A stretch of 64,000 nucleotides of DNA, from contig JASGHJ010000002.1 in assembly GCA_047602405.1 (NCBI GenBank), positions 1-64,000 of the forward strand, given 5' to 3'. Of the stretch, positions 60,590 to 64,000 are shown piece after piece. The DNA comes from Anaeromyxobacteraceae bacterium. Its GTDB lineage: Bacteria > Myxococcota > Myxococcia > Myxococcales > Anaeromyxobacteraceae. Numbering within the stretch: the first letter of the stretch is position 1; every line of letters starts with the position of its first letter. The notes beneath the pieces were generated by a model. The model was not told where the DNA came from, searched no databases, and was given only the letters and a program-made list of their open reading frames with translations. The position numbers and the translations under genes were made by a program.

Positions 60590-61248
60590 AGGGTTCGATG
60601 CCGGCGAAGGATTTCGTGAGGACGGTCACCACCCTGGCCCTCGCGCTGACGGCCGCCTCCTGCGTGCTCGTCCACCCGCGCCAGCCGAAGCCGAACCCGG
60701 ACCAGGGCGACTGGGCCGAGGCCCGCGACGCCGCCATGCGCGGCGCCCAGCTCTACGACGGCATCGACCACCGCGCGAACGCGGTCGCCGTGCACCTGAC
60801 CACGCGCGTGCGCGAGGCTCGCGCCGCCCGGCTCGCCGACTGGTACGCCTGGTCGCCCGCCGAGCTCGACGCCCGGCTCGCGCAGGAGCGCGCCGAGGCC
60901 GCCGCGAGCGAGGAGTTCGTGGTCGCCTTCTACACGGCTGACCTGCGCGCGAACGACCTCGACGCGAAGGAGTCGATCTGGCGGGTGGCGCTCGTCGTCG
61001 ACGGGATCAACTCGCTCCCGACGAAGGTCGAGGGGCTCACGATGGACTGGACCGTGAAGCAGCTGTACCCGGTGTTCGGGCCGTTCGACCTCGTGTACCG
61101 GGTCCGGTTCCCGAAGATCGAGGGCGGGCTCGAGAAGCGGCCGTACGTGCTCCGGCTCACGAGCGCGATGGGCGGGCTCGATCTCGACTTCGCCGGGCCG
61201 GCGAAGCTGCCGCGCGGGCTCGACAGCGTGCCGCCGGCGGCGCGGTAG
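60586..61248 (+). CDS. Hypothetical lipoprotein
   Basis: Lipobox AASC; ATGA overlap with pyrE. Confidence 0.75.
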   Translation: MKGSMPAKDFVRTVTTLALALTAASCVLVHPRQPKPNPDQGDWAEARDAAMRGAQLYDGIDHRANAVAVHLTTRVREARAARLADWYAWSPAELDARLAQERAEAAASEEFVVAFYTADLRANDLDAKESIWRVALVVDGINSLPTKVEGLTMDWTVKQLYPVFGPFDLVYRVRFPKIEGGLEKRPYVLRLTSAMGGLDLDFAGPAKLPRGLDSVPPAAR

Positions 61249-61268
61249 GCGACGAGTCGCCCGGCAGC

Positions 61269-62876
61269 TCAGTCCTCGATGTCGCCGCGCGCGAGCACGG
61301 TGTCGCGCAGCCAGCGCTCGTCGGCCTGGGGGTGGTCGAGGAGGTAGTGCAGGCCGCGGGACTCCTTGCGGCGGCGCGCGGACTCCACGATGAGCGTCGC
61401 GAGGTCGGCGAGGTTCCGGAGCTCCACGAGGTCGGCGGTCACGCGGTACTGCCAGTAGTAGTCGCGGATCTCGGCGCGGAGCACGCGCAGGCGCGTGCGC
61501 GCGCGCTCGAGCCGCTTCTCGGTCCGCACGATGCCGACGTAGTTCCACATCAGCCGGCGGACCTCCTCCCAGTTGTGCGTCACGACCACGCCCTCCTCGG
61601 GCGCGAGCGCGTCGCCGGGGTTCCAGTCCGGGATGTCCACCGCGGGGCCGGCGTCGGCGAGCGCGGCGCGGGAGGCGAGCGCCGCCCGGCGGCCGAACAC
61701 GAGCCCCTCGAGGAGCGAGTTCGAGGCGAGGCGGTTCGCGCCGTGGAGGCCGGTGTTGGCGCACTCGCCGATGGCGAAGAGCCGGGGGAGGGTGGTGCGG
61801 CCCTCGAGGTCGGTGACGACGCCGCCGCACTGGTAGTGGGCCGCGGGCACGACCGGGATCGGCTGCACCGCCATGTCGATGCCGAACTCGCGGCAGGTCG
61901 CGTAGATGTGCGGGAAGTGCTCGACGAGGAAGCCCTTCGGCTTGTGCGTCATGTCGAGGAGCGCGCACTCGTCGCCGCGGCGCTTCATCTCGGCGTCGAT
62001 GGAGCGGGCCACGACGTCGCGCGGCGCGAGCTCCTTGCGCGGGTCGTACCGCGACATGAACGCCTCGCCCGCCGCGTTGCGCAGGATGCCGCCCTCGCCG
62101 CGGAGCGCCTCCGAGACGAGGAAGCTCTTCGCCTGCGGGTGGAAGAGGCAGGTGGGGTGGAACTGGAAGAACTCGAGGTTCGCGACCGAGGCGCCCGCGC
62201 GGTAGGCCATCGCGACGCCGTCGCCCGTCGCGACGTCGGGGTTCGTCGTGTACAGGTAGACCTTGCCCGAGCCCCCGGTGGCCAGCACGGTGACACCGGC
62301 CGATATCGCCGCGATGTCCCCGCTCGCCCGGTCGAGGACGTAGGCGCCGAGCGCCCGGTTGGGGCCGCCGAGGCCGACCTTGGCCGAGGTGACGAGGTCG
62401 ACGACGACCTGGTCCTCCTCGATGCGGATGCCGCGCGCGAGGCAGGCGTTGATGAGCACCCGCTCGATCTCGCGGCCGGTGGTGTCCTTGGCGTGCGCCA
62501 CGCGGCGCCGGGAGTGGCCGCCCTCGCGGGTCAGGTGCAGGTGGTCCCCGGAGTCCCGGTCGAACTCGGCCCCCAGCGAGAGCAGCCAGCGGATGCGATC
62601 CGGGCCCTCCCGCACGGTCGCCTCGACCGCCTCGCGCTTGCAGAGGCCCGCCCCGGCGACCAGGGTGTCCTGCACGTGGAGCTCGAAGTCGTCGTCGGCG
62701 CCGAGGACGGAGGCCACCCCGCCCTGGGCGTACTGGGTGGAGCTCTCCCAGCGCTGGCGCTTCGTGACGACCAGGACCGAGCCGTGACCGGCTGCCTCGA
62801 GGGCGAACGTGAGCCCGGCGACTCCGCTTCCGAGGACGAGGAAGTCGACGTGCTCCCTGCGGGAGACCGCGTTCAT
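61269..62876 (-). CDS. nadB: L-aspartate oxidase
   Basis: GSGVAGL; AQGG; REGGHSRRR; QFHPT; SEALRGEG; GLHGANRLASNSLLE. Confidence 0.97.
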   Translation of the reverse strand: MNAVSRREHVDFLVLGSGVAGLTFALEAAGHGSVLVVTKRQRWESSTQYAQGGVASVLGADDDFELHVQDTLVAGAGLCKREAVEATVREGPDRIRWLLSLGAEFDRDSGDHLHLTREGGHSRRRVAHAKDTTGREIERVLINACLARGIRIEEDQVVVDLVTSAKVGLGGPNRALGAYVLDRASGDIAAISAGVTVLATGGSGKVYLYTTNPDVATGDGVAMAYRAGASVANLEFFQFHPTCLFHPQAKSFLVSEALRGEGGILRNAAGEAFMSRYDPRKELAPRDVVARSIDAEMKRRGDECALLDMTHKPKGFLVEHFPHIYATCREFGIDMAVQPIPVVPAAHYQCGGVVTDLEGRTTLPRLFAIGECANTGLHGANRLASNSLLEGLVFGRRAALASRAALADAGPAVDIPDWNPGDALAPEEGVVVTHNWEEVRRLMWNYVGIVRTEKRLERARTRLRVLRAEIRDYYWQYRVTADLVELRNLADLATLIVESARRRKESRGLHYLLDHPQADERWLRDTVLARGDIED

Positions 62877-62964
62877 GTAGGTGCGAACCTTAGCGGAACG
62901 GGCGGGGTGGAGGGGGGAATAAACTTGGCCGCCCGAGCGTGCTCCTGCTAGCTTTTCCCGCGAG

Positions 62965-63585
62965 ATGAAGCGCCCTTACGTGTTCCTCGCCTGCCTCCTC
63001 GCGGGGCTCCTCGCCGCGCCGGCGGCGCGGGCGGGCGAGATTTACACGTACACGGACGCGGACGGCGTCATCCACTTCACGAACGCGCCCACCGACCGCC
63101 GCTGGCGCAGGGTGAAGGCGCGCGGCGGCACGAGCCTCTACCGGTCGGATCCCTCGAGCGCCACGCCCAGGAAGCCTCGCTCGGCGACGTACGACCGCTT
63201 CCGCGAGACCGTCCGCGCGGCCGCCGACGAGTACAAGCTCCCCGAGGCGCTCCTCCTCGCGGTCATGGCGGTCGAGTCGAACTTCGACCACCAGGCCGTC
63301 TCGGAGAAGGGCGCGATGGGGCTCATGCAGCTCATGCCCGGCACGGCGAACGACATGTACGTCGCCGACGCCTGGGATCCGCACCAGAACATCAGGGGCG
63401 GTGCGCGCTACCTGCGCACGCTCGCCAACCAGTACCAGGGCGACGTCATCCTCACGCTCGCGGCGTACAACGCGGGCCCCGAGGCCGTCCGCCGTGCGGG
63501 CAACCGCGTCCCGGCCATCCCGGAGACGCAGGAGTACGTCCGCAAGGTGGTCGCGCTGTACGAGTCCTTCAAGGCGGGGAGCTAG
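62965..63585 (+). CDS. Lytic transglycosylase (DUF4124 + SLT)
   Basis: YTYTDADGVIHFTN; VESNF; GAMGLMQLM; AAYNAG; ETQEYV. Confidence 0.93.
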   Translation: MKRPYVFLACLLAGLLAAPAARAGEIYTYTDADGVIHFTNAPTDRRWRRVKARGGTSLYRSDPSSATPRKPRSATYDRFRETVRAAADEYKLPEALLLAVMAVESNFDHQAVSEKGAMGLMQLMPGTANDMYVADAWDPHQNIRGGARYLRTLANQYQGDVILTLAAYNAGPEAVRRAGNRVPAIPETQEYVRKVVALYESFKAGS

Positions 63586-63588
63586 GCC

Positions 63589-64000
63589 GTGGCCACGCAA
63601 CCGCGGGCGGACGAGATTCGAGGGGCTGGACGAGGAGTTCCTGTTCCACCTGAACCGGGGCTCGGAGGTGCTCGCGCGCGGCGAGGCCGAGGGCGCGCGC
63701 ACCTCGCTCGAGCGCGCGCTCGAGCTCAGGCCGAAGGACTCGAAGGTCCTCGGGCTGCTCGGGCAGGCCTACTACAAGCTCGCGCGGTACGACGACGCCG
63801 GCAAGGTCTGGCAGAAGCTCGTCGACGACAACCCGGTGGAGCCGAGCGCGCGCGTGAACCTCGGCCTCGCGCGGCTCAAGGGCAAGCGGTACCCGGACGC
63901 GGTGAAGCAGCTCGAGATCGCGCTCGACCTCAACCCGGAGCACAAGAAGGCGATGGGCTACCTCGGCCTCGCGCTCCTCGAGAGCGGCGAGCCGGCCCGG
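63589..64000 (+). CDS. TPR protein, 5' part (runs off the window), apparent +1 frameshift at ~63617
   Basis: EGLDEEFLFHLNRG...LERALELRP...LGLLGQAYYKL TPRs; GTG 63589 is one base out of frame. Confidence 0.65.
   Translation, partial: MATQPRADEIRGAGRGVPVPPEPGLGGARARRGRGRAHLARARARAQAEGLEGPRAARAGLLQARAVRRRRQGLAEARRRQPGGAERAREPRPRAAQGQAVPGRGEAARDRARPQPGAQEGDGLPRPRAPRERRAGP

Overview
Very GC-rich chromosomal window from an Anaeromyxobacter-like member of the Myxococcota (inferred from a bactofilin-PadC-like cluster, a MXAN_2561/2562-like pair and an ECF/anti-sigma/caspase locus). Core genes include groES-groEL with two CIRCE-like operators, rpoZ, lysC, uppS-cdsA-dxr-rseP-tsaB, pyrE and nadB. Highlights: (1) a compact red-type Calvin-cycle cassette, cbbR / cbbL-cbbS-cbbX-cbbF-cbbP, unexpected in this lineage; (2) a mirror-symmetric ~1.7 kb cassette (7283-8990) in which two convergent four-helix-bundle genes (~55% aa identity by manual count) each follow a ~94%-identical 139-nt hairpin leader that sequesters the RBS, with an upstream CGGA(G/T)N hexamer array on the same strand - my best candidate for an undescribed RNA-protein system; (3) five tandem secreted HExxH/TPR proteins, one with a dead active site; (4) two REP-like families, each with a copy in frame inside a protein gene; (5) an orphan hcp with a Tat lipoprotein and a methyltransferase; (6) many apparently leaderless genes; (7) six single-base frameshifts in five genes, probably sequencing errors. 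All calls come from reading the sequence and recognising motifs; no database searches were run.
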